Below, in pieces: positions 49,618 through 59,705 of a stretch of DNA of 64,000 bases; positions within the stretch are counted from its first letter, which is position 1; each line of letters opens with the position of its first letter. The stretch lies in NCBI GenBank assembly GCA_016840085.1, contig JAEOTA010000081.1:192001-256000 (forward strand), given 5' to 3'. The notes below the pieces were generated by a model, which saw only the letters and a list, made by a program, of their open reading frames with translations, searched no databases and was not told the DNA's origin. This stretch comes from Promethearchaeota archaeon. Lineage in GTDB: Archaea > Asgardarchaeota > Lokiarchaeia > Sigyniarchaeales > SOKP01. Made by a program: the position numbers and the translations under genes.

Positions 49618-51657
49618 ATGGAGTTAGTTAAAACTATGGATATTTCAAAAGCTATGAAAATTAAGTTATCAGAGGAATTACCTCCATATCCAAAATTCGT
49701 AGAAGGGATAAGAAGAGCACCGTCTCGGGGATTTAAACTTACTCCTGCTCAAACAAAGCTAGCTCTTAAAAATGCTTTGAGATATATTCCGCCAGTTTTA
49801 CATGAAAAATTAGTTCCAGAGTTTTTAGAAGAATTAATTACTAGAGGACGAATTTATGGGTATAGATTCAGACCTGAGGGACATATTAAAGCAAAATCTA
49901 TAGATGAATATAAGGGAAATATTCTTGAAGGTAAAGCTTTGCAAGTTATGATAGATAATAATTTAGACTTTGATGTGGCACTTTACCCTTATGAATTAGT
50001 TACATATGGAGAAAGTGGGCAAGTATTTCAAAATTGGATGCAATATCGCATAATAAAAATGTATCTTGAAGAAATGACTGAAAATCAAACTCTTATTGTA
50101 GCCTCAGGGCATCCTATAGGCCTTTTCCCTACTTCACCTACTACACCCAGAGTAATTTCTACTAATGGATTAATGGTTGGCATGTTTGATAATCCTGATG
50201 ATTTTAATTTGGTAGCAGCTTTAGGCGTCGCTAATTATGGTCAGATGACAGCCGGAGGTTGGATGTATATTGGACCTCAGGGAATTGTGCATGGTACCTA
50301 TATTACGTTATTAAATGCAGCGCGGTTATATCTTAAAATCCCACAGGATAAAGATTTAAAACGGATTCTATATTTATCTTCTGGTCTTGGTGGTATGAGT
50401 GGAGCTCAAGCTAAGGCAGTAGAGATTGCAGGTGGGATTGGCGTCATTGCTGAAGTAGATAAATCAAGGATTAAAACTAGACATGAACAAGGATGGGTTT
50501 CTAAGATCTCGGATGATTTAGATGAAATTTTTAAATGGGTAGAGGATGCAAGGAAATCGGGTATACCTTTATCTATAGCGTATCATGGAAATATTGTGAA
50601 TTTATGGGAATATGTGGTTGAAAATAATATAAAAGTAGAACTTGCATCAGATCAAACTTCTTGCCATGCTGTGTACGAAGGAGGATATACTCCTTATCAA
50701 ATTAGCTTCAAAGAAGGAAGGGAGTTAATTAAAACTAACATCGAGAGATTCAAACAATTAGTAGATGAATCTTTAAAGGAAACCTTTAAACTTATTAAAA
50801 TCATGAAAAATAGGGGAACTCACTTTTGGGATTATGGAAATTCTTTTATGAAAGCTGTATTTGATGCAGGAGCTAAAGAAATTGCAATAAATGGAACTGA
50901 TCCTGCTGAAGGATTTATCTTTCCATCATATGTAGAAGATATTATGGGACCAATATGTTTTGATTATGGATATGGTCCATTTCGATGGGTATGTTTATCT
51001 GGAAAAGAAGAAGATTTGGATAAAACTGATCAGGCAGCGATGAGTTTTATTAATCCTGAGAGAAGAACTCAAGATAGAGATAATTATTATTGGATTAGAG
51101 ACGCTAAAAAAAACAGGCTAGTTGTAGGGACAAAAGCTCGAATTCTATATGCTGATGCCAAAGAGCGTATCGATATCGCTCTTAAATTTAATGAATTAGT
51201 GAGGAAGGGAGAGATTGGGCCAATAATGTTAGGTAGAGATCATCATGATGTTTCTGGGACAGATTCACCTTTTAGAGAAACTTCAAATATCCGAGATGGA
51301 AGTAATGTGATGGCAGAAATGGCAGTTCATTGTTTTGCGGGGAATGCTGTTAGAGGTATGACTTATGTAGTTTTATCTAATGGAGGTGGTGTAGGCATTG
51401 GAAAATGTTTTAACGGTGGTTTTGGCTTAGTTTTAAATGGATCTGAAAGAGTTGATAACATTATCAAAAATGCTATTGAATGGGATGTTATGGGGGGTAT
51501 AGCGAGAAGAAGTTGGGCTAGAAACCCTAATGCTTTTCAAACTGCTTATAATTGGAATATAGAAAATGAAAAGAGAGGGCATTTAACACTACCATTTATA
51601 GCAGAAGATACACTTTTAGATGAAATTGTTGAAGATTATTTAGATAAATTAGAGTAA
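49618..51657 (+). CDS. hutU: Urocanate hydratase (long, UROC1-like form)
   Basis: GQMTAGGWMYIGPQGIVHGT, GLGGMSGAQ, SDQTSCH, GRDHHDVSG. 679 aa with N-terminal IRRAP...KNALRY segment. Confidence 0.96.
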   Translation: MELVKTMDISKAMKIKLSEELPPYPKFVEGIRRAPSRGFKLTPAQTKLALKNALRYIPPVLHEKLVPEFLEELITRGRIYGYRFRPEGHIKAKSIDEYKGNILEGKALQVMIDNNLDFDVALYPYELVTYGESGQVFQNWMQYRIIKMYLEEMTENQTLIVASGHPIGLFPTSPTTPRVISTNGLMVGMFDNPDDFNLVAALGVANYGQMTAGGWMYIGPQGIVHGTYITLLNAARLYLKIPQDKDLKRILYLSSGLGGMSGAQAKAVEIAGGIGVIAEVDKSRIKTRHEQGWVSKISDDLDEIFKWVEDARKSGIPLSIAYHGNIVNLWEYVVENNIKVELASDQTSCHAVYEGGYTPYQISFKEGRELIKTNIERFKQLVDESLKETFKLIKIMKNRGTHFWDYGNSFMKAVFDAGAKEIAINGTDPAEGFIFPSYVEDIMGPICFDYGYGPFRWVCLSGKEEDLDKTDQAAMSFINPERRTQDRDNYYWIRDAKKNRLVVGTKARILYADAKERIDIALKFNELVRKGEIGPIMLGRDHHDVSGTDSPFRETSNIRDGSNVMAEMAVHCFAGNAVRGMTYVVLSNGGGVGIGKCFNGGFGLVLNGSERVDNIIKNAIEWDVMGGIARRSWARNPNAFQTAYNWNIENEKRGHLTLPFIAEDTLLDEIVEDYLDKLE

Positions 51658-51731
51658 TAACTTTTAATTATTAATAATTCAAAATTGTTTTAATATAGTC
51701 AATTTAATATAAAATATAATGAGGAAATAAT

Positions 51732-53258
51732 ATGGTAGAGAAATTCGGATACGGAATCGATCAATTGACAATAGATAAAGCCTTAAAGATTGCACGTGGT
51801 CAAATAATAGGCATTTTATCTGATGATATTAAATCTAAAATAGAGGAGAATTTTAATGCAGTTCAATCAATTGCTAATGGAGATAAATTAGTATATAGCA
51901 TTAACACTGGCTTGGGCCCATTGTGCACAACAAGAATTTCAAGAGAAGAAACTTCCAAATTGCAGGAAAATCTACTTAAGAGTCATAGTGTAGGAGTTGG
52001 ATCATCTATAAGCCATGAAATTTCAAAATTGATGTTAATACTGAAAGTTCATGCTTTATGTATGGGTGTTTCTGGAATTTCATTACAATTAGTAGAGAGG
52101 ATTTGCTGGCACATAGACAATAATCTTATTCCGTTAGTTCCTGAGCAAGGATCAGTTGGGGCATCAGGTGATTTAGCTCCACTAGCTCATTTATTTTTAC
52201 CTTTAATTGGATTAGGCTATTTATCAAAGGAGGGGAGTGATTTTATTCCAACACACTTAATATTAAAAGAACACAATTTAAAACCATTGAAACTTCATGC
52301 AAAAGAAGGTATAGCTTTAATTAATGGAACACAATTTATTACTGCACATGCATTAAAAGTATCAGAAAAATTATCAAACTGTCTTGATCATGCAGATCTC
52401 ATAGGTGCTCTAACTCTTGAAAGTTATTTAGGATCACCTCAACCCTTTGTAGAAAAGTTAATAAAACTAAGACCCCATAAGGGTGCTTTGATTGTAGCAA
52501 AAAGATTTAGAAAATTTTTAGAAGACTCTCAATTAGTAGAATCACATAAAGATTGTGGAAGAGTGCAAGATCCTTATTCAATTAGGTGTATACCACAAGT
52601 TCATGGTACATCAAGAGATGCTTTAGAACATTTAAATGAAAAATTATTATGTGAGTTAAATTCAGTTACTGATAATCCTATTATTTTTAATGAAACTGAA
52701 ACTTATAGTGGTGGGAATTTTCATGGACAACCCCTTGCTTTACCTTTGGATTATGTGAGTTTTGCTGCTTCTGAACTTGGAAATATTTCTGATAGACGAA
52801 CTTATTTGCTAATCGAAGGAAAATGGGGATTACCTTCATATTTAATAGAGAATGCAGGACTAAATTCTGGATTTATGATAACACAATATACTTCAGCAGC
52901 TCTGGTTAGTGAAAATAAAACTCTCTGTTTTCCTGCAAGTGCAGATAGTATTCCTACAGGAGGTGGACAGGAAGATCATGTAAGTATGGGATCTATAAGT
53001 GCCAGAAAGGCCCTTAGAATAATAGAGAATCTTGAAAAGATACTTGCTATTGAGCTTTTATGTGCTGCACAAGCATTTGATTTTAGGAGACCTTTGAAAT
53101 CAAGCAAAGTCATTGAAAATTGCCACAAATGCATACGTAAGAAAATACCACATATAAATGAAGATACTATATTATCCAAATATATAAACGTCTCAGTAGA
53201 AATTATAAGAAGTAATGAATTATTAAATATCGCTCAAAAATTCCTAGAAGGGGCTTAA
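51732..53258 (+). CDS. hutH: Histidine ammonia-lyase
   Basis: GSVGASGDLAPL (MIO-forming ASG), QDPYSIRC, GGNFHGQP, QEDHVSMG. Confidence 0.96.
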   Translation: MVEKFGYGIDQLTIDKALKIARGQIIGILSDDIKSKIEENFNAVQSIANGDKLVYSINTGLGPLCTTRISREETSKLQENLLKSHSVGVGSSISHEISKLMLILKVHALCMGVSGISLQLVERICWHIDNNLIPLVPEQGSVGASGDLAPLAHLFLPLIGLGYLSKEGSDFIPTHLILKEHNLKPLKLHAKEGIALINGTQFITAHALKVSEKLSNCLDHADLIGALTLESYLGSPQPFVEKLIKLRPHKGALIVAKRFRKFLEDSQLVESHKDCGRVQDPYSIRCIPQVHGTSRDALEHLNEKLLCELNSVTDNPIIFNETETYSGGNFHGQPLALPLDYVSFAASELGNISDRRTYLLIEGKWGLPSYLIENAGLNSGFMITQYTSAALVSENKTLCFPASADSIPTGGGQEDHVSMGSISARKALRIIENLEKILAIELLCAAQAFDFRRPLKSSKVIENCHKCIRKKIPHINEDTILSKYINVSVEIIRSNELLNIAQKFLEGA

Positions 53259-53259
53259 T

Positions 53260-54567
53260 ATGTTTGTAGCTTCAACATATTCAAAAAAACAAATCTTTAC
53301 TGATGTGGAGCCAGATCTCGTTATTTTTCATGCTAATCAACTTGTTACCATGGATACTACATTTGGTGCCCCGAGAATAAATGAAGAAATGTCTGAGTTG
53401 GCAATTATACATGACGGAGCAGTTGCAGTTAAAGATGAAAGAATTATTTTTGTAGGGACAACTGAAGAACTAATGTCAAAATTTGAATTTGGGAAAATTC
53501 ATACAAAAATAAATGCAAAAAACAGATTAGTTACTCCTGGTTTTGTGGATCCGCACACTCATGTTATTTTTGGTGGTACAAGAGAAATTGAATTATCCTT
53601 AAAAATTAACGGAAAAACATATCTAGAGATTTTAAATGAAGGAGGGGGAATTTTAAAAACTGTTAGAGAAACCAGGGAAGCTTCATTAGCTAAGTTAATA
53701 GAAAATGGGAAAAAAATTTTAGATCGAATGATGTTTTATGGTACAACCACAGCAGAAATAAAGTCTGGTTATGGATTAACTACTGAAAGTGAACTAAAAA
53801 TATTAAGAGCCGCTAAAATCTTAAATGAAGAACATCCTATAGATATAATCTCAACGTTTTTAGGTGCCCATGCAATACCCCCCGAATATAAAGATAACCC
53901 AGATGATTATGTTGATTTAATTATTTCAGAAATGATTCCAACAGTTGTTAAAGAAGAACTTGCAGAATTTTGTGATGTATTTTGTGAAAAAGGAATATTT
54001 TCAATAAAACAAACTAGAAAAATAATTAATAGAGCGAAAAGATATGGATTAAAACCTCAGATTCATATTGATGAAATCGTTGATACAAATGGCGCCTTAT
54101 TAGCTGCTGAAGTGAAAGCAATTCAAACAGGACATTTACTTAAATCGAATGATCATGGGTTAAAAGCAATGGCAGATGCGGGGATCATTGCAACTCTCTT
54201 ACCTGGAACTCCTTTCTGTTTAATGTCAAATGAATATGCTCCCGCAAGAAAGATGATTCAAATGGGAATCCCAATAGCAATAGCAACTGATCTTAATCCA
54301 AATTGTTGGACAGAATCAATGCAAATGATTATTGCATTAACCTGTTACAATATGAAACTAACTCCTGCTGAAGCTTTATCTGCAGCAACTATTAATAGCG
54401 CATGTGCTCTTCAAAGACAAGATGAAATTGGGAGTTTAGAAATAGGAAAAAAGGCAGATTTAATTATATTTGAAGTTCCAAATTATCATTTCATTCCTTA
54501 TCATTTTGGAATTAATTTAGTATCTAAAGTAATTAAGAATGGAAAAATTGTAGTTGATAATAAATAA
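53260..54567 (+). CDS. hutI: Imidazolonepropionase
   Basis: PGFVDPHTH, EIKSGYGL, FLGAHA, DVFCE, ATDLNP. Confidence 0.95.
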   Translation: MFVASTYSKKQIFTDVEPDLVIFHANQLVTMDTTFGAPRINEEMSELAIIHDGAVAVKDERIIFVGTTEELMSKFEFGKIHTKINAKNRLVTPGFVDPHTHVIFGGTREIELSLKINGKTYLEILNEGGGILKTVRETREASLAKLIENGKKILDRMMFYGTTTAEIKSGYGLTTESELKILRAAKILNEEHPIDIISTFLGAHAIPPEYKDNPDDYVDLIISEMIPTVVKEELAEFCDVFCEKGIFSIKQTRKIINRAKRYGLKPQIHIDEIVDTNGALLAAEVKAIQTGHLLKSNDHGLKAMADAGIIATLLPGTPFCLMSNEYAPARKMIQMGIPIAIATDLNPNCWTESMQMIIALTCYNMKLTPAEALSAATINSACALQRQDEIGSLEIGKKADLIIFEVPNYHFIPYHFGINLVSKVIKNGKIVVDNK

Positions 54568-54579
54568 TTGATGGATTTA

Positions 54580-55497
54580 TTAAAAATCAAAATAATGCTC
54601 TAACAAATGCTTTTCTTCAAGTTTTGCTGGTTTTTCAAGTTGCAAATAATATTCTAATGAGTTTAATACAGCATCTAAAGGTAAAACACCTATCAATTCT
54701 GTTCCTATTATAGCTACACCATAACGGGCAGCTTCAAGTCTCACTAATTCCATTTGTCGATAGAGAGGAGTCTTCCTAAAATTTATATTGGAAATCCCTA
54801 CTTGCACATATTCCCGTTTTGCCAATTCTGTTCCCATTGCTTTAATATTTACTAGTCCACCTGAACGTAAATGTATTGATTTCGCTACTTTTTTAGCAAT
54901 TTTAAGATCTTTAGTCCCTAGATTAATATTAAAGCTAATTAAAGGATTTCTAGCACCTGTTATAGTAGCACCTGCCGTTGGATGAAGCTCAGACGGACCA
55001 AGATCAGGTTTACGTTCAGGATCTGTTTTGATTGTCTCTTTCAACCCTTCATACTCTCCAACACGAATATTATCTATATTTGTTCTTTCCATTTTTCTGG
55101 CAGATTCTTCATATAAGTATACAGGAATACCTTCTTTTGCTATAGCTTCTGCAAATTTTATTGATAATTCAATACACTCCTCCATAGTCACATTTTGAGC
55201 AGGTACAAATGGAACAACATCAACAGCTCCAATTCTTGGATGTTGTCCTTTATGTTTGGTTATATCAATTAATTCAATAGCTTTTTTAGCAGCGGTAATA
55301 TTTGCTCTTAAAACAGCTTCAGGTATTCCTACAAAAGTAATTACAGCTCGATTGTAATCAGAATCATATTGAACATCAACGATGCGCGTGTTAGGAGTGT
55401 TTTTAATTACTGATACAATTAATTCAATCTTCTCTCTATCTATTCCTTCACTATAGTTAGGAACCGATTCTACAATTTTCTTTTTTCCTCTTTCCAT
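54580..55497 (-). CDS. ftcd: Glutamate formimidoyltransferase (FTCD N-terminal domain only)
   Basis: ESVPNYSEG, HKGQHPRIGAVDVVPF, IRVGEYEG, HPTAGAT.TGAR. Confidence 0.93.
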   Translation of the reverse strand: MERGKKKIVESVPNYSEGIDREKIELIVSVIKNTPNTRIVDVQYDSDYNRAVITFVGIPEAVLRANITAAKKAIELIDITKHKGQHPRIGAVDVVPFVPAQNVTMEECIELSIKFAEAIAKEGIPVYLYEESARKMERTNIDNIRVGEYEGLKETIKTDPERKPDLGPSELHPTAGATITGARNPLISFNINLGTKDLKIAKKVAKSIHLRSGGLVNIKAMGTELAKREYVQVGISNINFRKTPLYRQMELVRLEAARYGVAIIGTELIGVLPLDAVLNSLEYYLQLEKPAKLEEKHLLEHYFDF

Positions 55498-55585
55498 AAT
55501 AAATAGCCTAGAAAAATTTGTTTTAATTTTAATAAAAATATAAAATTAATATTATTCTTACGAATAAATAAAATTAACTTTACAA

Positions 55586-56848
55586 TTACAATGAATATTT
55601 CTTCTTAGCATATGTTTTATCTGTAAAAACATAAATTTTATCTACCCCATTTCCAATAGGAATATTTTTTATTTCTAAATCAATTAATATCTTCTTCTCT
55701 TTTGTTCCTCTGGGAGATTTATTTACTAATTTGCCTTTATATCTTATATTTTTAGCTTTTTCATGAATATATGTATCTGTTTTTTTTCCCATAATAATGA
55801 TATCATCACCTTCCATCAAATAACCATTAGTTAAAACTATTTTAGCTGTTTTTTCTTTTGAATCATACTCTAAAATATCTCCTAGAGATATATATCTATA
55901 ATGAGATAAATTTGTTGGAGATTTATGTTGATGGTCTTCTTCAGTAACTCTTTTAAAATAGAAACCTGGTGTAAATCCTCGATTGTAAACTTTTTTTAAT
56001 TCTGAAACCCAACGACCTGCTCTCTTTTTTGTAAATGTTCCCTCATAATATGCTTCAATTGCTTCTCTATAAGTTTTGGTAACAATTTCTACGTAATGAG
56101 GATGTCGCATTCGACCTTCAATTTTAAAAGCATCGATTTTCGCGTTAATGAATTCAGGAATAGAGGCAATAGTACATAAATCTCTTGAATTCATAAATCT
56201 AACTCCATCATAAATGTATTCAGTACCAGATTCTTCTTTAACCCACCATCTTCTCCTACATGGCTGTTCACAATTTCCTCTATTTGCAGATTTCTCTTCA
56301 GTCCCACAAATATCTTGAGAAAAATAACATCTACCACTAACAGATGTACACATAGCTCCATGAATAAATGTCTCAATTTCTGTTTTTGTTAAATTTCTTT
56401 TTATCTCTTTAATTTTTTCAAGTGATAGTTCTCTTGCTAAAATAATGCGTTCAGCACCCAATTTTTCATAGAATCTTGCTGATAAGGAATTAGAAACATT
56501 ACACTGAGTAGATATATGAAAAGGAATGTTGAATTCTTTTGCGGTCTCTATTGCCGCCAAATCATGAACAATCACACCATCTATACCAGAATTCTTGCTT
56601 TCTTCTATGATCTTACGCATTAAATTCAATTCGTTATCATAAACTAAGATATTTGTTGTCAAATACGCTTTTAGGTCATTTTTATGACAGAAATTCACTG
56701 TCTTATTCAAGTTCTCTAAAGCAATATTTACCGAACGCATCCTCATATTGAACTTTTTAATTCCAAAATAAACAGAATCTGCATATTTGGAGGCCGCTTT
56801 TATTGCTTTAAGATTTTTTGCGGGAGCAAGTAATTCTACTTTATTCAT
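55586..56848 (-). CDS. U32 family protein (Fe-S, TrhP/RlhA-like hydroxylation factor)
   Basis: ELLAPA, HISTQ, ARELS, HGAMC.SVSGRC..S, NRGNCEQPCR, KIEGR. Confidence 0.9.
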   Translation of the reverse strand: MNKVELLAPAKNLKAIKAASKYADSVYFGIKKFNMRMRSVNIALENLNKTVNFCHKNDLKAYLTTNILVYDNELNLMRKIIEESKNSGIDGVIVHDLAAIETAKEFNIPFHISTQCNVSNSLSARFYEKLGAERIILARELSLEKIKEIKRNLTKTEIETFIHGAMCTSVSGRCYFSQDICGTEEKSANRGNCEQPCRRRWWVKEESGTEYIYDGVRFMNSRDLCTIASIPEFINAKIDAFKIEGRMRHPHYVEIVTKTYREAIEAYYEGTFTKKRAGRWVSELKKVYNRGFTPGFYFKRVTEEDHQHKSPTNLSHYRYISLGDILEYDSKEKTAKIVLTNGYLMEGDDIIIMGKKTDTYIHEKAKNIRYKGKLVNKSPRGTKEKKILIDLEIKNIPIGNGVDKIYVFTDKTYAKKKYSL

Positions 56849-56884
56849 CTTTTTGGATTTTATACTATTACCCTTTTTTTAAAA

Positions 56885-58114
56885 TTATCTTTCTGCAATC
56901 TGAATACTAGTTGGAATAATTGCTACTCTGGGAGTATCACCAAATTTATTTTGCAATTCTTGAATCAAGTCAGGCCATTTATTAAATAATATAACAGATT
57001 TGGGAAAGAAATGATCCTTATCTTTCTCATTAATGTTAGGGGAAAAGAGATATACCTTTCTTTTTCGGATAAAGAAATCCCAAAATTTCGTGTCTCCGAC
57101 ATTCCTATAGAGTCTTGCTCCTGTTTCCCCCACAAGGCTGTGATATCCCCGCCCTTCATATGAAGATGTCATGATGATTATAGCTCCATCTGGATCGATT
57201 AGTGTTTGTGGTGCTGTCATTAAGAAATTAAAAGCTTTATATTGAGCTTGATTTAATTCTGAATCTTCTGGAAAAGAATTGAAAAAGCAAATTTGATTAT
57301 TTTGGGTTACTTTTGTTGAATAAACTTGCTTTCCAAGTTCGATAGCCTTCCTGTGAGCCTCTTTAAAATGCCCAGCAAAGATCCCTGCAATTTTACCCTT
57401 ATCTGTAAGTATTACATTTATTGAAAAGTCTAAACCAACCTTCTGAGCAATCTCCTCAATATCTCTACGTGCCTCTGTGATTATTCCAATTCCTCCCGAT
57501 ATACTTTTATGATTTGCTTCAAGAGTATCTATTCCACATACTCCTGGTAGCACTATTTTAGCACCACCTCCAAATCCTGCGAGTGGATGAGGTATCACTC
57601 CACCTATAGCAATTTTAAAATCTCCATCAGCGTAAGTTTTATTGACATGTATTGGTGTTCCTATTGTTGATTCACCGAAGTATTTTAAATTTTCATACGG
57701 ATGATGATTCTCAATTCTAAACTTATTCACTATATCTTTGCCTAGTTTAAGAATACAATCTTGCCTTGTCATTGGTCTGTGAGCGCCTATTGCTAATAAA
57801 ATTGTAATCTGGTCCTTTTTAATATCTACTTTTTTTAATTCTTCAAGGACATAAGGAATTATTTTTGAAATGGGAGTCGGTCTTGTCATATCATCAATAA
57901 CAATTACCACATTAGATTTATTTTTTGCAAGTTCTGATATCTTTGGAGTACCAATAGGATTTAAAATAGATTTTTTAATATCTTCTTCCTTTAATTCCAG
58001 AACATTAGATCCGTTCATTTTATATAATGAGATATCCCATGAATCTGGAAAAGTTAATTCTAAGAATTCAGGTTCTCTCCAAGCAGCCCAAGGTATTTTA
58101 AATTTTTTTACCAA
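56885..58114 (-). CDS. LarA-family nickel-pincer-dependent racemase/epimerase
   Basis: DDMTRPTP, AIGAHRPM, PHPLAGFGGGAKIVLPG, ANH. Confidence 0.85.
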   Translation of the reverse strand: MVKKFKIPWAAWREPEFLELTFPDSWDISLYKMNGSNVLELKEEDIKKSILNPIGTPKISELAKNKSNVVIVIDDMTRPTPISKIIPYVLEELKKVDIKKDQITILLAIGAHRPMTRQDCILKLGKDIVNKFRIENHHPYENLKYFGESTIGTPIHVNKTYADGDFKIAIGGVIPHPLAGFGGGAKIVLPGVCGIDTLEANHKSISGGIGIITEARRDIEEIAQKVGLDFSINVILTDKGKIAGIFAGHFKEAHRKAIELGKQVYSTKVTQNNQICFFNSFPEDSELNQAQYKAFNFLMTAPQTLIDPDGAIIIMTSSYEGRGYHSLVGETGARLYRNVGDTKFWDFFIRKRKVYLFSPNINEKDKDHFFPKSVILFNKWPDLIQELQNKFGDTPRVAIIPTSIQIAER

Positions 58115-58245
58115 TGTATTTCACACAATAAGTTTTGAAAAATTTTAATAATATAATTCGATTTTCTTTGTTAATTAATATTTAAGTTTTAGATTTTCTT
58201 TTTATCTAGGTAAAACTTTAAATAAATATTATAAGAATGTTATAG

Positions 58246-59688
58246 TTGGTTAGTTTGGAGAGTAAAAGAGAAGAACTAATTATAATGAAATTTGGTGGAT
58301 CTTGCTTACAAGATGCTCTATCTTTTGCCCAAACAAAAGAAATCATTATAAAATATCTAGAGAAATTTAATCTTATTGTAGTTAGTTCTGCGATGATAGG
58401 CATAACCGATAAATTAATTGAGTTTTACAAAAGATCTTGTAATGAGGGCTCAGAATGTGAATATATCATAGAAGATATATATAATATTCACAAAAGATTA
58501 ATAAATCAAATAATTGAATCAAAAAGAGAAGAATATGAAAAATCATTAACCTATTTACGCAAAAATATTGAAGAATTAAGACAATTAGGACGTGTGATAC
58601 AGTTAATAAGACCAAGTATGGATATTCAAGATCTTATCATAAGTTATGGAGAAAAATTAAGTACATTTGTTTTAACAGAATATTTAAGCTCTAATGGGAT
58701 TAAATCTAGATTTATTTCTTCAAACGAGATTATTATTACAGATGATAATTTTGGAAATGCTTTTCCAATCCTTGATGATACAGAAAATCTGGTCAATGAA
58801 AAATTAATACCTATAATGATCTCAGATCCGAATCTTACCTTATGTATTACTGGATTCTATGGAGTAACAAAAAAAGATAAAAAAATAACTACACTTGGAA
58901 GAGGAGGGAGTGATTTAACTGCCGCTATTCTTGCATATTCTTTACGAAATGCATTTAATTGTAAAGTTATCTATTGGAAAGATGTTAAAGGATTAATGGA
59001 TGCTGATCCAGAAATTTCAGAAAAAACTTCTTTATTAAAACAGATTTCCTATGTTGAAGCAAAAGAACTTGCTTTTTTTGGAACAAAAGTTTTACATCCA
59101 CTCTGCCTTGATGTTTGCGAGAAGGGAAACATTCCCTCTGAAATTAGATCATTTAGTGATCCTACTTCAAACGAATTTACAACTTTCACAAAAGAAATTG
59201 TAAGAAATGGAAAAGTAATTAAAGCTATCACTTCAATTTACAAACTTTCAATGGTGACTATTGAGAGCAATATGATGGTTCCATTATCTGGCACAGCTTC
59301 TAAACTCTTTTCTCTTTTGGGGGATAATAATGTAAATATAGTATTTATATCTCAGAGTTCTTCAGAAAATAATATAACCTTTGGAATAGATTTTAAAGAT
59401 TCAAAAAAAGCAAGTTTCCTCTTAAGAGACTCTGAATTTTTTGGAAAGAAATGGTTTCGTATTAAAATTAATAATGATATTTCTTTAGTTGCAATTATTG
59501 GCGCCGGAGTTCTTCATACACCAGGTATAGCAGGAAAAGTATTTACAAGATTAGGAGAAAATAATATTAATGTATTAGCAATTGCACAAGGATCTTCTGA
59601 ATTAAACTTTACGGCAATAATAGAAAGAGATAATTGCAAAAAAGCGATTAACGTATTATATAACGCTTTTATAAATCAAGAATATTAA
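58246..59688 (+). CDS. Aspartate kinase with two ACT domains
   Basis: MKFGGS, VVSSAM, TTLGRGGSDLTA, DV.G..DADP, GTKVLHP, AIAQGSSE. Confidence 0.93.
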   Translation: MVSLESKREELIIMKFGGSCLQDALSFAQTKEIIIKYLEKFNLIVVSSAMIGITDKLIEFYKRSCNEGSECEYIIEDIYNIHKRLINQIIESKREEYEKSLTYLRKNIEELRQLGRVIQLIRPSMDIQDLIISYGEKLSTFVLTEYLSSNGIKSRFISSNEIIITDDNFGNAFPILDDTENLVNEKLIPIMISDPNLTLCITGFYGVTKKDKKITTLGRGGSDLTAAILAYSLRNAFNCKVIYWKDVKGLMDADPEISEKTSLLKQISYVEAKELAFFGTKVLHPLCLDVCEKGNIPSEIRSFSDPTSNEFTTFTKEIVRNGKVIKAITSIYKLSMVTIESNMMVPLSGTASKLFSLLGDNNVNIVFISQSSSENNITFGIDFKDSKKASFLLRDSEFFGKKWFRIKINNDISLVAIIGAGVLHTPGIAGKVFTRLGENNINVLAIAQGSSELNFTAIIERDNCKKAINVLYNAFINQEY

Positions 59689-59705
59689 AAATAATAATAT
59701 GAAAT

